This document shows positions 26,898-40,054 of a stretch of DNA of 64,000 bases, piece by piece. How positions within the stretch are numbered: the stretch's first letter is position 1; each line of letters begins with the position of its first letter. This DNA comes from Octopus vulgaris. Its lineage: Eukaryota. The notes beneath the pieces are model-generated. The model was given only the letters and a program-made list of their open reading frames with translations. It had not been told where the DNA came from and searched no databases. The position numbers and the translations under genes are program-made. Location of the stretch: positions 2,914,001-2,978,000 of the forward strand of contig OX597832.1 of the NCBI GenBank assembly GCA_951406725.2. The letters run 5' to 3'.

Positions 26898-27884
26898 CTT
26901 GCAAAAGAGAAAAAAAAAAGAAAAACATGATGTATTTTTACATGTGTAAAATATCCTTAAATGAGATGTATAGAGAATGAATAAATTTCCTTACAACTTT
27001 ATATACATGTTTCAATGTTTGCATAAGTGGGATGACTTCTGTCAGAGAATTCCACTTTTTCCTTCTAATTTCTCAACCATAAAGTATATGTAGAACCTGC
27101 TTTTTAAATTTTCTTTTATACTAGCAAATTGGTATCATTTGAGTAAGGTACCTTGCTCAGTGGAGCAAAGTGAAGATTGTCAGATAGAAATTCATGCTAT
27201 GTTATCATTGGTACAGCACCTTAATATTAAAGCCATTGAACCTCATAAAAGCTATATAGTAATTAAAATGTAGCAGAGTAAGACTAATTCAGGCAAGCTG
27301 AAGAGTATTATATTTTTTGTCTCTTTTGTTAACCCTACAAATTTGACTGGAAAGGGGGCTAATATGGCAGCTGGTTTCACTTTCATTTCCAACTGCATGT
27401 AAATCACGAGTTTATCATGCATGCAGACCCCAATTTCAACCAACCAGAACTCATTGTCCAGGTGATAAGTTCAAGAACGTTCTTTTGGTAACAGCCATGT
27501 AAACAGCTGTTTTGAGCATACAAGGCCAGAGAAAATTGGGATACCATTTGTTATGGTCTTTGGTGAATTCTTCTCTCAAGTATTTCCCAGTTTCATACTC
27601 AAACCAGCACAATTTCCCTAATAGCTGTTTTCACAGCTCTATACCAACTCAGAGATGGATGAAGAAATCAATGCTGCCAAATGATTTTGCAGTGATGTTA
27701 AAGATCCATTTAAGCATTATCTGTGAAGACCTTCATCACCTGTAAAATACAATGTTCATATAAGATTGATTCTGTTTGTATTTTCATGGAGCCTTGTATA
27801 AACATGCAGCAATAAATGTTGAATATAAACTGACATCAGGTTTTTGTCATAACCAATGCTACACACTCTAAAAGTCAAATAAAT

Positions 27885-28595
27885 GTATTTACATTATTTA
27901 CATTTGACAGATATTTGTCCTCACCTTGTTTGTTGTTAACACAACATTTCAGCTGATATACCCTCCTTCGAGTAAAACCACCAATAGAAGAGAATATGAC
28001 TAAAAACTGGGTGTACTCCATCCCATACAGCTGTGGTAGGTTATACAAAGGCAAAACATGCCACCCTCTCAAAATGAAGGTAAAGGAACATCGCAAAGCT
28101 GTGACACTAGGAGATATTGATAAATCGGGTATAGCTGATCATGTATGGTAAAATGGAGACCACCTGTGGGATGAATTTAAAATAATAGACAGAGAACACC
28201 ACTGGAAAATACAAAAACTAAAAGAAGCAGCACATATGATAGGGCACAACAACCTCCTAAGCAGACTGAGTGCAGATATGAATAGCATATGGGAAGGATA
28301 GGAAAATATTAGATTTATAAGCCCTAAAATTCACTCCATAACTGCTCACGGGCACATGGCGTAGTAGTTAAGAGCGCAGGCTACTAACTTCAAGAGTCAG
28401 AATAATAACATCAAAAAATACCTTAGGAATGAGAACTCAGGTTTGAAATTTCCCCAAGACACTTAATGAAGGCCGGAGGGTATATCAGCTGAAACATTGT
28501 GTTAACAACAAACAAAATGAGGACAAATTTCCATCAGATGTAAATAATTTAAATAATGTACATAATTTCTCATCTCTTAAATATAGAACTGTAAA
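27885..28595 (+). mobile_element. 5'-truncated Penelope-like element: inverted partial pLTR + GIY-YIG endonuclease remnant + 3' pLTR with tRNA-like cassette and hammerhead motif
   Basis: About 27993-28250 translates VYSIPYSCGRLYKGKTCHPLKMKVKEHRKAV..GDIDKSGIADHVW*NGDHLWDEFKIIDREHHWKIQKLKEAAH (Penelope GIY-YIG); tRNA-like 28350-28395; mutated hammerhead 28458-28503. Confidence 0.85.
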
Positions 28596-28768
28596 TGTAA
28601 TTAGTTAGAATCAGTTTAATGCTGTATATTTACAATTAAAAGTGCTTTAGAAAAGATTATAGATAACTGAGTTGGATTAAATAAATTGTAACATATACAT
28701 TAGTTCTCAGAACAACTGGAACAATAATTTCTAATAGAGTTAGACAAATAATGTACTTTGAGCAATGA

Positions 28769-29270
28769 CACAACCAATAGAGATAAATAAACAAATAAAA
28801 AAAGGAGTCTCATTTGCATGAATATAACTTAATTATCTTATAACATAATTTATATCCTGCATAATATCAATAAGTGAATCAAATAAATACTCAATATATT
28901 AAGTATAATGTATGGCAAGAAAAATATCACTCAATACCTGAGTAATTAAATGAACTTCTAACAAAGAACAACATTTCATTAAACAAATAAATCAAGTACA
29001 AATTTAATCCTTAAGAAAATAATAATGTAATTAATAACTCATCATTGTATACTAAATACAACATAAATCAAGAATAAAATAAGAGACTATAATACTTATA
29101 AAAATTTTAATCATAATAATTATAAAACCTAACCTTAAAGGCTAAATTGAAATAATTAATATTCTAATTAACATAAATCCAAGAGAAAAAAAAAGCTGTT
29201 ATTAACACCTTATCATAAAATAATTTATTTCAATCTTTAACTTCGTTATATTTTAACTATTTACATAAAA
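28769..29270 (-). pseudogene. Old NUMT: nad6 5' part (possibly preceded by a trnP remnant) joined to the cob 5' part
   Basis: Minus-strand remnants QVLSDIFLAMHYT..IEYLFDSLIDIMQDMNY and YIHANE..FFICLFISIG (cytochrome b LAMHY / YIHANG motifs); I*PLSLGFM and LYLVYNDELL (nad6 QPLSLG / LVYxGGLL). Confidence 0.75.
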
Positions 29271-29272
29271 TA

Positions 29273-29679
29273 CAAGGTGGTATCAAAAGGTTCCCAGACT
29301 AATTATGTTTAATAAAATATTTTTACCTAAGTTTTAACATCTTCTCCTTCGAAATAGTCGCCTTGCACAGCAATACACCAGTCCCAGCGTTCCTGTCACT
29401 TTTGGAATATGGCCTGAAAGTTGTTTTCCATAAGTGAGTCAATGACTTTCTACAATTCACTCTGGATCTTGACAACAGTGTTAAAATGGCAACCTTCAAG
29501 CTGCATCTACATCTTGGAGAAGAGATGGAAGAACACAGGTACTATATCTGGCAAACAGGGCAGGTGAAGTAAACACAACATCACTTGGCACACTGCCTCA
29601 TGAAGGTCACTGCTAGCTCTCACTGCACATCTGTTGGTGTACTACTAAACTAGTCTGGGAACGTTTTGATACCACCTTG
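29273..29679. mobile_element. Internally deleted mariner (MITE-like)
   Basis: TIRs CAAGGTGGTATCAAAAGGTTCCCAGACTA / TAGTCTGGGAACGTTTTGATACCACCTTG flanked by TA. Confidence 0.88.
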
Positions 29680-29739
29680 TATATATTTATGTAAATGTGG
29701 TTTTGAATTTGTAATTAACAAGGAAGATTTATATGAATA

Positions 29740-31669
29740 CAGTCAACTCTCACTACTATGCCAGTTTTGCGCGGTACCGGCCAAATAATAGACAAAAAAT
29801 TTTTACTAAAATCTTGCTAAAATCTCAACTCTCGCTACTATGCCACTTGTAAACTGAAGTGCATGCAACTTTTCGAAATTTTGTACTCCTACATTTTGTA
29901 ATCTTGTGGAAAAGTTCAGAAAGTAGCACACAATGTCAGCTCAGAAACGCAAGCGGACTGAGTTTACGCTGAAGGAAAAGAAGGAGATTATCGATGCTGC
30001 GAAAAACGAGCCGAACCAGTCTAAGCTGGCTAGAGAAATGAGCAAGAAATGGGGCATCGAAGTCAAGAGAACCACGGTGAAGGGCATTCTCAACAAAAAG
30101 GATGCAATCGAGGCAGCCATCAACATTGGAATTCCATCGAAGTGCATGAAGCTGACGCAATCTCACAACCCGAAGCTCAATGATGGCGTGCTAATGTGGC
30201 TGAAACAAGCAAGAGGACAGAATCTGCCAGTCAGTGGTGATCTTTTGAAGGAGAAAGCAATTAAACTGGCTGAGCTTATGCACATTCTGAACTTTATGGC
30301 AAGCGACGGTTGGCTAGACAATTTCAAAAATCATCACGGCATCACGTTCAAGACAGTGCAGGGCGAAGCTGGAGCGGTGAATTCTCAATCTCTTATTAAG
30401 TGGCAACAAGAGGTTCTCTGGCCATTGCTCAGGCAGTTTTCCGCGAAAGAGCGTGTTCAACTTGGATGAAACAGGAGTCTTTTGGCAACTACTTCCGAAC
30501 AAGACCATGGCTTTCAGGGGAGTGCGGTGCACAGGGGGAAAGAAAAGCAAGCAAAGAATCACTCTTTTGGTCGGAGCAAACTTAAGCGGCAGCGAGAAGC
30601 TACCTCTTCTGGTGATCAGAAATTCCAAGCAACCTCGTGCGTTTAAGAACAAATAGATTCCTGTGAAGTACAAGGCTAATTCGAAGGCGTGGATGACAGC
30701 AGAAACTTTTGAAGAAATGTTACAAACGTGGGACGGACAACTCAGGCAGCAAAACCGCAAAGTGTTGCTCTGTTTCGATAACTTCTTTGGTCACCCTTCT
30801 GACGTCCACTTGGACAACATCCAAATGCTCTTCTTTCCGCCCAACACGACAGCAAATTCCCAACCAATGGATTAAGGAATCATACAAAATCTTAAGCACC
30901 ATTACAAAAAGCTCTTGCTGTCCCGCCGTCTCGAAGCCATGGATGAAGGAAACGAGTTTAAATTTACATTGCTCGACTCCCTGCACGTTGCTTGGCGTGC
31001 ATGGGAGCAGGTCAGTGAATTGACGATTAAGAACTGTTTCGCGAAAGCCAAGTTTATTGAAGAGGAAATACAAATAGAGCCAGAGGATGCTGAGCTGCTC
31101 GAGATCTGGAAAGCTTTACCTCCCGAGGAAAAGACACATGAGAACGAAACAATTGAGCTGTTTGATTTTCTCAGTGCTGACGATTGCCTCGTAACTGGAG
31201 GATCTTTCACTCTAGAAGAAATAGCAAAGGAGGTAATGCATAACGAAGAGCCAGTGGAAAGTGAAGACGACGAGGTAATTGTGGAAGAGGAATACGTTTC
31301 GTTTGCAGATGCCCAGAGAGCATGGAGCACTATCTGAAAGTTTATGCAGCAGCAGAGCAGCGGAAAACCCAGCGTCATGCAGGCGTGTGATAGGCTAGAC
31401 AATGAAATGAATGAAATCCGCCGAAAGAAGATGCGTCAGCCGACAATTTTTGAGAGCTTCGGGATTAACTAAAAGCAATCTGAACTTAATAAACTTGGAT
31501 GTCTTCTTTTTACCATTGCATTGAACTTATTGGCCTTACTTCCTACCCTATGAATTTTTATTCGTATGTTCAGTAAATTTTTGGTTATGTAGTGTTTAGA
31601 TAACAGACCCTCGGTACTATGCCACTTTGGCTCAGTCCTGCAGGGTGGCATAGTAGCGAGAGTTGACTG
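29740..31669 (+). mobile_element. Full-length Tigger/pogo transposon (CENP-B HTH + DDE transposase, 29933-31471, disrupted by a frameshift and stops)
   Basis: 24-bp TIR CAGTCAACTCTCRCTACTATGCCA, TA TSD; motifs ASDGWLDNFK, FNLDETG, NSKAWMT, FDN, PPNTT..QPMD. Confidence 0.93.
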
Positions 31670-33664
31670 TATGACTAATCACTAGACTTGACACATATCT
31701 ATTGCAAGTGTATACAATGGTTTTCTATGTTACACTTCTAACTGTAACCATTCTTCTCCATTAAGCTTTTACAATGGCTAGCTGAAAAGTTTGTAGGTTG
31801 ACCAAGATACTCTCATAGAATGTGACCAAATGACATTATTTTTCAACATAGTCCCCATTGTGGCCCATACACTTCTTCTATCACTGTGCAGTGCTTGGAT
31901 TCCATTGATGAAAAAGCTATCATACTGTTGGTCAAAACACTCAACAGAAGATATGACATGATCATCACTACAATACTGCCTCCCAGCCAAGTGTTTTTTC
32001 ATGTTGAGGAACAAATAATGGTCAGATGGAGCCAACTCAGGAGAAGAGGGATGGTGATCAACGAATTCAAATCCACAGTCACACACAACTGCCTTTACAA
32101 GCAAAGGCTTGTGTACTGAAGCATTGTCCTGATGAAACAAAACCCATTTCATCAGTTTCCTTGGGCATTTGGTCTTGATAGCCTTTTGTAACTGCTTCAG
32201 CAAGTTGGCATAGTACTCTCCATTGAAGGTGTAGCTCATTTGAAGGTAGTCAATAAACACAATGCCTTTTGCATTGCAAAATAACTGAGGTCATCACCTT
32301 CCCCTGCAGATGAAATCACCTTGGCCTTCTTTGGAGTAGGTGAATAGGGGTGTTTCCACTACATGGATTATCTCTTTGTTTCTGGTTCAAAATGATAAAC
32401 CCAACACTCATCCTGAGTTAGGAAATGTTCAAAGAAACTGTAACTGCCTCAAACAGTGTAGATTTTCCTATGATGTGATCAGCCTGGTGCACTTTTGATC
32501 AAATGTCAGAAGATGTGGCACCCACCGAGCAGAAACCATCATCATGTCAAGTTCATTGTGCAAAATATTCTCAAATTTCTCACAGGATATGCCAATAGCA
32601 TTGGATATTTGATTCATAGTCAATCACCTATCATCCATCAGCATGTGGTGAACACAAAGAATGTTCTCCTTGGTAGTGGCAATTGCACAACATCTAGACC
32701 TCAGGTAATGTTCAAGACTCTCCCTTCCCCTCCTAAATTCAGCTGTCCAATTTTGCATTGTTGATAAAGTTGGCACATCATCTCATAATGTAGTTACCAT
32801 GCCAGCATGAATGTTGTTGGGGTCTAAACAGTTTTTCTCCAGGTACTTGATAATATCATGATGTCAAATTTTGTTTACTTTCAAGAGAAATCACTACTAG
32901 TTACTTCTATAGTGTTCTTTCAACAGTCAATTTATCTGTATGCAGTTATTAATAAGAAGAGTTGAAATTAATGCAGGCAAGATTTAACAGCTCTGGCATC
33001 ACTCATTCATAGTCAGTTTAGGACCTTTTCAACTTACCTCATCTTGTTAGGAGGAGTTGTGATATGCTTATTTCAGTTTTCTCATTTTGGAAAGATCAAT
33101 TTCTCAACATATTTTAACTATAGGAATGTTTGAAGAAGCAATCAAAATATATGTTAATTATACAGTACACAATGTACTGTCTATAGCAGTGAATGTTAGT
33201 TATATTATAGTTTTATTTAGAGTTAAATGGCTTAAAGTACAGCAAGTTAAGTGCTTTGACTAGAGACACAAAGTAAGATATGAACTGTTGACTCTATGGA
33301 TGGTAGGGCAACATTATACACATGATTAATTTCATCTTCATAATATAGTATCAAAGTTAATGCTTAGATTATGAGGTAAGAATGTAAGACATCTTTTCCA
33401 ACAGCTTTATAGCAAAAGATAAAATTCTTAATTAACATTATTTTATACAAATTGAATCATAGGAAAAATAGAAAGAATTTGAATTCTATATTTTAATCTT
33501 AAAACTGCTTCCTGTAATTATCTGTGTTTGTATGCTAAAACATCTAAAGAATCCCTATTTTTTACATTAGAGAATCCACAAATATAAAAAAAGCAGGTTA
33601 CATGTCAGGTAATATTTAAAATATACCTGATATGGGAAACAATGTACAATGTAAGCATGCATAC

Positions 33665-33867
33665 CTGAAGTTCTCCTGAATTATTTCCAACCCCAATGAA
33701 GCTACCATCAGCACTGAAGCTTACACAAGAAACATAATTATCTTCAGTTCTATCATCATTGTTTTGCAGTGCATCAATACAATCTTGTTCCACACCAAAA
33801 AGATAACATGATTGACCCAAGGCAACACACAAAACATTTCTTGCAGACCAATCAAGCAAATTGCAAT
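33665..33867 (-). CDS. CDC20: CDC20-like internal exon (203 nt)
   Basis: CAG acceptor, GTATG donor; (Y)CNLLDWSARNVLCVALGQSCYLF...NYVSCVSFSADGSFIGVGNNSGELQ. Confidence 0.92.
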
Positions 33868-34148
33868 CTGTAGGTAAAATTTTAAAAGAAATTTAAGCAA
33901 AGGAAATTTTGACAAGAAGATTTTATTTTTCTTAGAAATATTAAATTTCTAAATATGAGAGATATGAGTGGTGGTGAAACGATAGAGTGGTTGTATACTG
34001 TCAACTCAACGTGACAGTCCCGTAAAGGGAATCACACCACCGCTATTTAGCCCTAGGAAGCATCAACGCTTCCTGTCGGCTTTGACACATTTCCTGTCTC
34101 CTTATATTTGCGAAGGGGAGACAAGCACCCCCACCAGCCAGGTCTGCA

Positions 34149-34194
34149 CCTAGAGACATGCATGTTTCTGAGTCTTGCACGTCATCAGTCTAGG
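34149..34194 (-). ncRNA. Type I hammerhead ribozyme motif (family 3) with a stem II mismatch
   Basis: Minus strand CCUAGA-CUGAUGA-CGUGCAAGACUCA-GAAA-CAUGCAUG-UC-UCUAGG. Confidence 0.75.
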
Positions 34195-34576
34195 GTAGCA
34201 AGGCTTGCTAGATGAAGATGTTTGCCAAGCCCTCACAAATTTCAGTGAAATCTATTCACTGATCACCAAAATTAGAAATATTAAATTTCTAAATATCTCA
34301 GAGAGATATGAGCGGTGGTGGAACGATAGAGCGGTTGTATACCGTCAAGCATTGATGCTTCCTAGGGCTAAATAATGGTGGTGTGATTCCCTTTACGGGA
34401 CTGTCACGTTAAGTTGACAGTATACAACCGCTCTATCGTTTCACCACCACTCATGTCTCTCTGAGATATTTATAAATTTAATATTTCTAATTTTGGTGAT
34501 CAGTGAATAGATTTCACTGAAAATATATATATTTGTGAGGGCTTGGCAAACATCTTCATCTAGCAAGCCTTGCTAC

Positions 34577-34622
34577 CCTAGACTGATGACGAGCAAGACT
34601 CAGAAACATGCATGTCTCTAGG
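34577..34622 (+). ncRNA. Type I hammerhead ribozyme motif (family 3)
   Basis: CCUAGA(34577-82)-CUGAUGA(34583-89)-C GAG CAAGA CUC A-GAAA(34603-06)-palindromic CAUGCAUG-UC(34615-16)-UCUAGG. Confidence 0.82.
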
Positions 34623-35549
34623 TGCAGACCTGGCTGGTGGGGGTGCTTGTCTCCCCTTCGCAAATATAATGACACAGGAAATGTGTCAAGGCCGACAGGA
34701 AGCACTGATGCTTCCTAGGGCTAAATAGCGGTGGTGTGATTCCCTTTACGGGACTGTCACGTTAAGTTGACAGTATACAACCGCTCCTTTTATTTTTCTA
34801 ATTTGAGATTAACCTATAAGATTATGTACAATCAGTTAGTTCTGTAAATATATTGCTTTGGAGCAATATTGGTGAAGGAAAACAAATAGCTCTAGAAGAT
34901 AATTACATGAAAAAAAAAAATACATAGTTGTAAAATAATTTTGCCTCGCTATGAAGCTATAAGGAATGACTGAACAATTTATTGCAACTGTTTAGGCAAT
35001 GTATTGCTACACTTTGCAACCCTTGAACCCCTTCTTAGCATCCTACTGATCTCCTGTGAAGCTTGCAAACTATAAAAAACTGGCTGCATACCATCTCCAT
35101 TACTCTACCACAATCCCCTCAAGTAGGTCTATGTATAAGAGACTGTATTGATCCCTCTTCTTCAATATACTTGTGTCCATCTTTCCACCAGCATTCATCA
35201 TCTCAATCACTTTAAAACTCATCCAGCTGTTCATATTTCTCATCTCACCACATATGATGCTCACTTGCTCACTCACTCCCACTTATTGTTCCACTGATAT
35301 TTATCCCTTCTTTTCTTCTATTTCTTCCATACTCCTTTCTGCACAGAAAAAAAAGCAAAAAAACAGCCATTCTGATGGGCTTACAGAGTTTCACGCCAAA
35401 TTTCACTCTCAAGGTTGAAGTGAGGCCACAATAGATGACACTTTGCCAAAGTGGCACCTTCTATGACAGAACTTGTAAGCCATACTTGTTAATGCTTATT
35501 GACTGATTTTAACAAAAATCTGTTTTAAAGAAGTTAAAAGAATACTCAC

Positions 35550-35675
35550 AAAAATTATCAATAAGGTCAGGAGCATCAAGGATGCGATCACAATCTTGAT
35601 TAATTTCACGAGTGGCTGTTTTACATGGAGAATTTGCTTTGTTTTTGTACAGATTTTGAAGACTTTTACGACATC
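35550..35675 (-). CDS. CDC20: CDC20-like internal exon (126 nt)
   Basis: CAG acceptor, GTGAGT donor; (G)CRKSLQNLYKNKANSPCKTATREINQDCDRILDAPDLIDNF, containing the RILDAP motif. Confidence 0.92.
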
Positions 35676-38600
35676 CTGGAAAATAGGACATGTTCATTAA
35701 AGCAAGAGATTGTAAAGAAGGCCAACAAAATTATCTGTTATATGTGTAACAGTCTATATGAAATTCATTAGATATATTAAAAGGCTGGATATAATTCATT
35801 TTAAAGTTTCAATTTACAAAATAAAAACCACAAGAGTAGGATTAAGCAAAGTGCTAGTTAAATAACTAAGCCATAGTTGATCCCTATGCATATGATTAAA
35901 AATTCTAGATAAAAAAATTCAAGGAAGTTGGTGAAGATTTATACTGGTACAATGATCTTAGTTAGTTCAGATTACTCCATAAAGAGCATAGGGCCAGTTT
36001 CCTGGTTTCTCTGGCACATATATATTCTTCCCTAGATGGGATGACAGTTCATCACAGGATGCTAGCTGAGGAGATTGGAGCAATGTAAAATGAAGGGTTT
36101 TCCTCAACAACACAATGCATTGTCCAGTCCAGGAATCAAAACCATAATCTTATGATCATGAATCCAACACCTTAACCACTAAACTATGTGCCTCCACAAT
36201 CATCTTTCTGATTCTACATTTAACCCATCAATGACCATACCAGTGCAGTATTCTCTCTTGCACACTATGTCTGATGCTTCTTATGCCCAATTTTTTCTGT
36301 CTGGGAGAAAGAGAGTCTTTCTGATGTGAACTCAACAGAATAACCCAGCTATCCTAACTCACAGTATTATGATAGATAAGGGAATTAAGGATATAAAGAC
36401 AGGGAAAATCCCAGGTCCATCAAGAATTATCACTGAGATACTTAAAATATGTTAGAGAAGGATAACTAAATGGATAACTAGGCTATAGCCTAGTTATCCA
36501 TTTAGTTAATCAGGTTGTACAGGAAGGTATCATACCCAATGACAGGTGTTCGGGAGCAGGCTGAAAAGTTCATAGGCTGTCTATAAAGGATGTTAGAGCT
36601 GTGAAATCTTACATGCATTAATTTCAACCTGTATTGTTTCTTTCCAGGTAAACTCACATCTTGAAAATGGACTAAATTTGGCATCATGGTGTTATCAAGT
36701 ACCTGGAGAAAAATGGTTTAGCCCCCAACAACGTTCATGCTGCCATGGTTGCAACAATGGGGGATGATGCTCTCGTTTTATCAACAGTACAAATGTGGGA
36801 AACTGAATTAAACAGAGGAAGGGAGAGTCATGAAGATGACTCAACATCTGGATGTCCTGCAACTGCCACCACTGAGGAAAACATTGATCATGTTCACCAC
36901 ATGTACATGTGGCTTTGAACTGGTTGATCACGGATACAAACAACAAAAAATAATAATAGGTGTTTTTCTACTGATAATGAATCAAATTGAGCTGGCATGT
37001 ATGAAGTGAAAGCCTAAAGGCAGGAACATGGGAGATGGACACAAGAGGTGTTGGCGGTTGGCAGTCAGGCCAAGAAAGATCATGGCTGGCTGGACACCAG
37101 TCACGTGGAAAGAGGAGAGATGAGAAGGGGGCAGTGGGATTGAAGGATTAGAAACATTGATCATGTTCACCACATGCTGATGGATGACAGGCAATTGACT
37201 ATAAATCAAATAGCCAATGCTATTAGCATATCTCATGAGTGGATTTGGTAGATGGAAACTAAAAGAATCCTGTCGTATATGTGTGTGTGTATATGTTTGA
37301 ATGTCAGTGTTTGTCCCCCCAACATTGCTTGACAACCAATGCTGGTGTGTTTATGTCCCTGTAACTTAGTAGTTTGGCAAAAGAGACTGATAGGATAAGT
37401 ACTAGGTTTACAAAGAAAAGTCCTGGAGTCGATTTGCTCAACTAAAGGTGGTATTCCAGCATGGCCACAGTCAAATGACTGAAACAAGTAAAAGAATAAA
37501 AGAAAGAATTAGAGAAATCAGATGTAGTGTGTAAGAGAGAAGATTGCACTGGTTTGGTCGTGTGATGTGTATGGATGAGAACAACTACATAGAGAAGTGC
37601 CAGATGCTTAAAAAGGATAGAACTTGTGAAAAAGGGAGGCCCAGGAAGAGCTGGGACAAAGTAGTGAAAGCTGATTTCAAGATGATGAGCTTCACAAAGG
37701 AGATCTCAAAGGAATGAAGTGATTGATGATTCACTGTACTCACAGCCAAGAATGGTGTCCTAAAAGCATTTTGTTCATGTTTATAACCCATTCTGCCCTG
37801 TCAAGCATTCCCCACATTTCATTTCTCTAACACCTAATCATCGCTCCTCTATCTATGGTACTACTTGGCAGCTGTAACCACTTGAAAGCAGAATCAGTAC
37901 AAATCACTCACCTGCTCCTTTACACTATCAGTTACCTTTCTCCCTCATGCTGGAACCACTTCTCTCCCTTATTCTCATTATCCTACCTTCCCCTTCTACT
38001 ATTTTCATTAATCACCTCCTTTCAATCCCTTCAGTTATCTCTCTTCACTCCCATATTCCATTTAACATTTTACACACCAGCTTTCATTCTCAATACCCTC
38101 TCATATTTGTCATCAAGCCCCACTCATTATAGCCACCCTTATGTATCCTTAAATCTCCCTCCCATTACTCCTACACCTTGCACATTATCTCTTGACCTGA
38201 TCTCTCCCACTCCTTGAGCCACTTCTATCTCTCTCACCTTATCCCCTCTCCAGCAAGAGAAACCATGCCTATACTCATATTTGGAGCTAGTGTAGCATTG
38301 CAGCTCATTGGGTCCTGTCAAACCATCCAACATGGAAAATGGACATTAAATGATGATGATGTCCTTCCTGTTGCCAACACTCACCTGTTTTTAAGTAAGG
38401 AAATGTTTCCTCATGGTTGGACATAGTATCATAAGAGACTGGAAGGAACAACAAATGAGGAACAACACTGAAGTGACGTGCCATTAGTTTATAACTAATG
38501 TGTGATATCAAGACAAAGACTCACACATATGAAAGGCTTCTTGCAGTTTCTGTCTTTCATATCCACTCAATACATTTTGATTAATTCAGGGTTATAGTAC

Positions 38601-40054
38601 AAGACACTAGCCCAAGGTGTCATGCAATGGGTTATCAATTAGGGTTATAAAAAAAAATCCTGACACTAAATTCTACAAAACAACAAAACTTCTGGGAGAG
38701 ATAGAGTTATACTCTTTAGATTCCAGCTGCATCTAAAAGGGGCTGTGTTTGGACAATTACTTTTCCCTAGTTGGTGAATGAGGAATTTGATGTTTCCAAT
38801 ACACATTTCCTCTGATAAGGACATCTACTAAATGTTTCCTTTTTTTGAGTTTCAGAAGGTTCCTGAGTTAAGCAAGTTTCTCAGGATTCTTGCTCTCTCA
38901 GCCAAGCAAAGCTTACAACACTTGCTTCCACTGAGGTACAATCCCAGTTATTCTAGGAGTTTCCTTTTAATTATGTACAGTGTGCCCATCTCTTTTATTT
39001 GCCATACGCAGCTGACCAAGAACATGATGTTGCACCTCTCTGGTATCCTAAGAGAGGACCTGTGATGATTGAGATGATGCTTGAATAAACCCTCTGTGGT
39101 TCCAACATATTTCTGTGCCTGTGCCCTTGTGCTGGTTTTGTAGTTGTTGTTGTTGTCATAATTACTGCTGTTGTTACTGCCAAATGTGTTGCTGTTATTG
39201 CTGGATGTGATGCTAGTGCTGTAGTTGTTGTCATTACTGCTTGATGCATTGCTACCATTATTGCTGGACGCCACCTCAGCTTCAAAGACCACAGCTTTGG
39301 AGTTGCATCAATCTTCCCCACTCCTACTGGGCACTCATTGCTAATCATGCTTGAGCATCCTAATTCTGTGCAGGGTTTAAGTGTATTCACTAATATTTTT
39401 TTAATGCTGAGTAGACAACCAAAAGAGACCATTTAGTTGCATCTATAAAATAAACGTCTGTATTTATGTGACTATATGAAGTGTTTGTTCACTAATCTAA
39501 GGAGTATCTTTCTCATGCAGGTCTTGATGTTAAATGAAAAGGATGGGGCAAGCCAAATGACTTTACAGTAGTACTTCCTTGTATGGGTGTTAGGACTTGG
39601 CATATAGGAGATGCAGTCTTTAAACTCATTGGCTGCCAAAGCCTCATTGTAATATGGCACCGAAAATCTCTTTACTCAAGGACAGATTTGAAATCCTCTA
39701 ACAGACACCCTTCATTAGGTTGTTGAACACAATAGGTGGGTTACACGAAGCTGTATTAATATATGACAGCGTTTCATTTGGGTTGTGGTAGGGCTTGTAA
39801 GAACAGGTACCCAGGTCTAGCATAACAACTAAAAAGTTAACAATGCAAAGATTGGCCTGAATTGTAATCTTAAGTTTCTTTCAGTTTCCATCTACCAAAT
39901 CCACTCATAAAGCTTTGGTCAGCCTGAGGTTATAGTAGAAGACACTTACCCAAGGTATCACGCAGTGGGACTGAAGCCAGAACCATGTGGTTGGGAAACA
40001 AGCTTCTTACCACACAGCCACGCCTATATATATATACACACGCACGTATGCATA

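Larger units (their letters stand above)
33933..34787. mobile_element. Non-coding retrozyme/pLTR-like insertion: about 1.2 tandem copies of a 340-bp unit followed by about 1.25 inverted copies
   Basis: Unit restarts at 33934 and 34274; inverted units restart at 34354 and 34707; 12-bp TSD TTTTATTTTTCT at 33921-33932 and 34788-34799. Confidence 0.85.

Noticed and set aside
29933-31471. Domesticated TIGD/CENP-B-like host gene
   Set aside because: Intact TIRs and TA TSD with a frameshift and stops indicate a decaying transposon.
38650-38740. Hammerhead in the pLTR of the long PLE (also 42130-42230)
   Set aside because: Could not identify CUGANGA/GAAA cores with pairing stems; too decayed to call.
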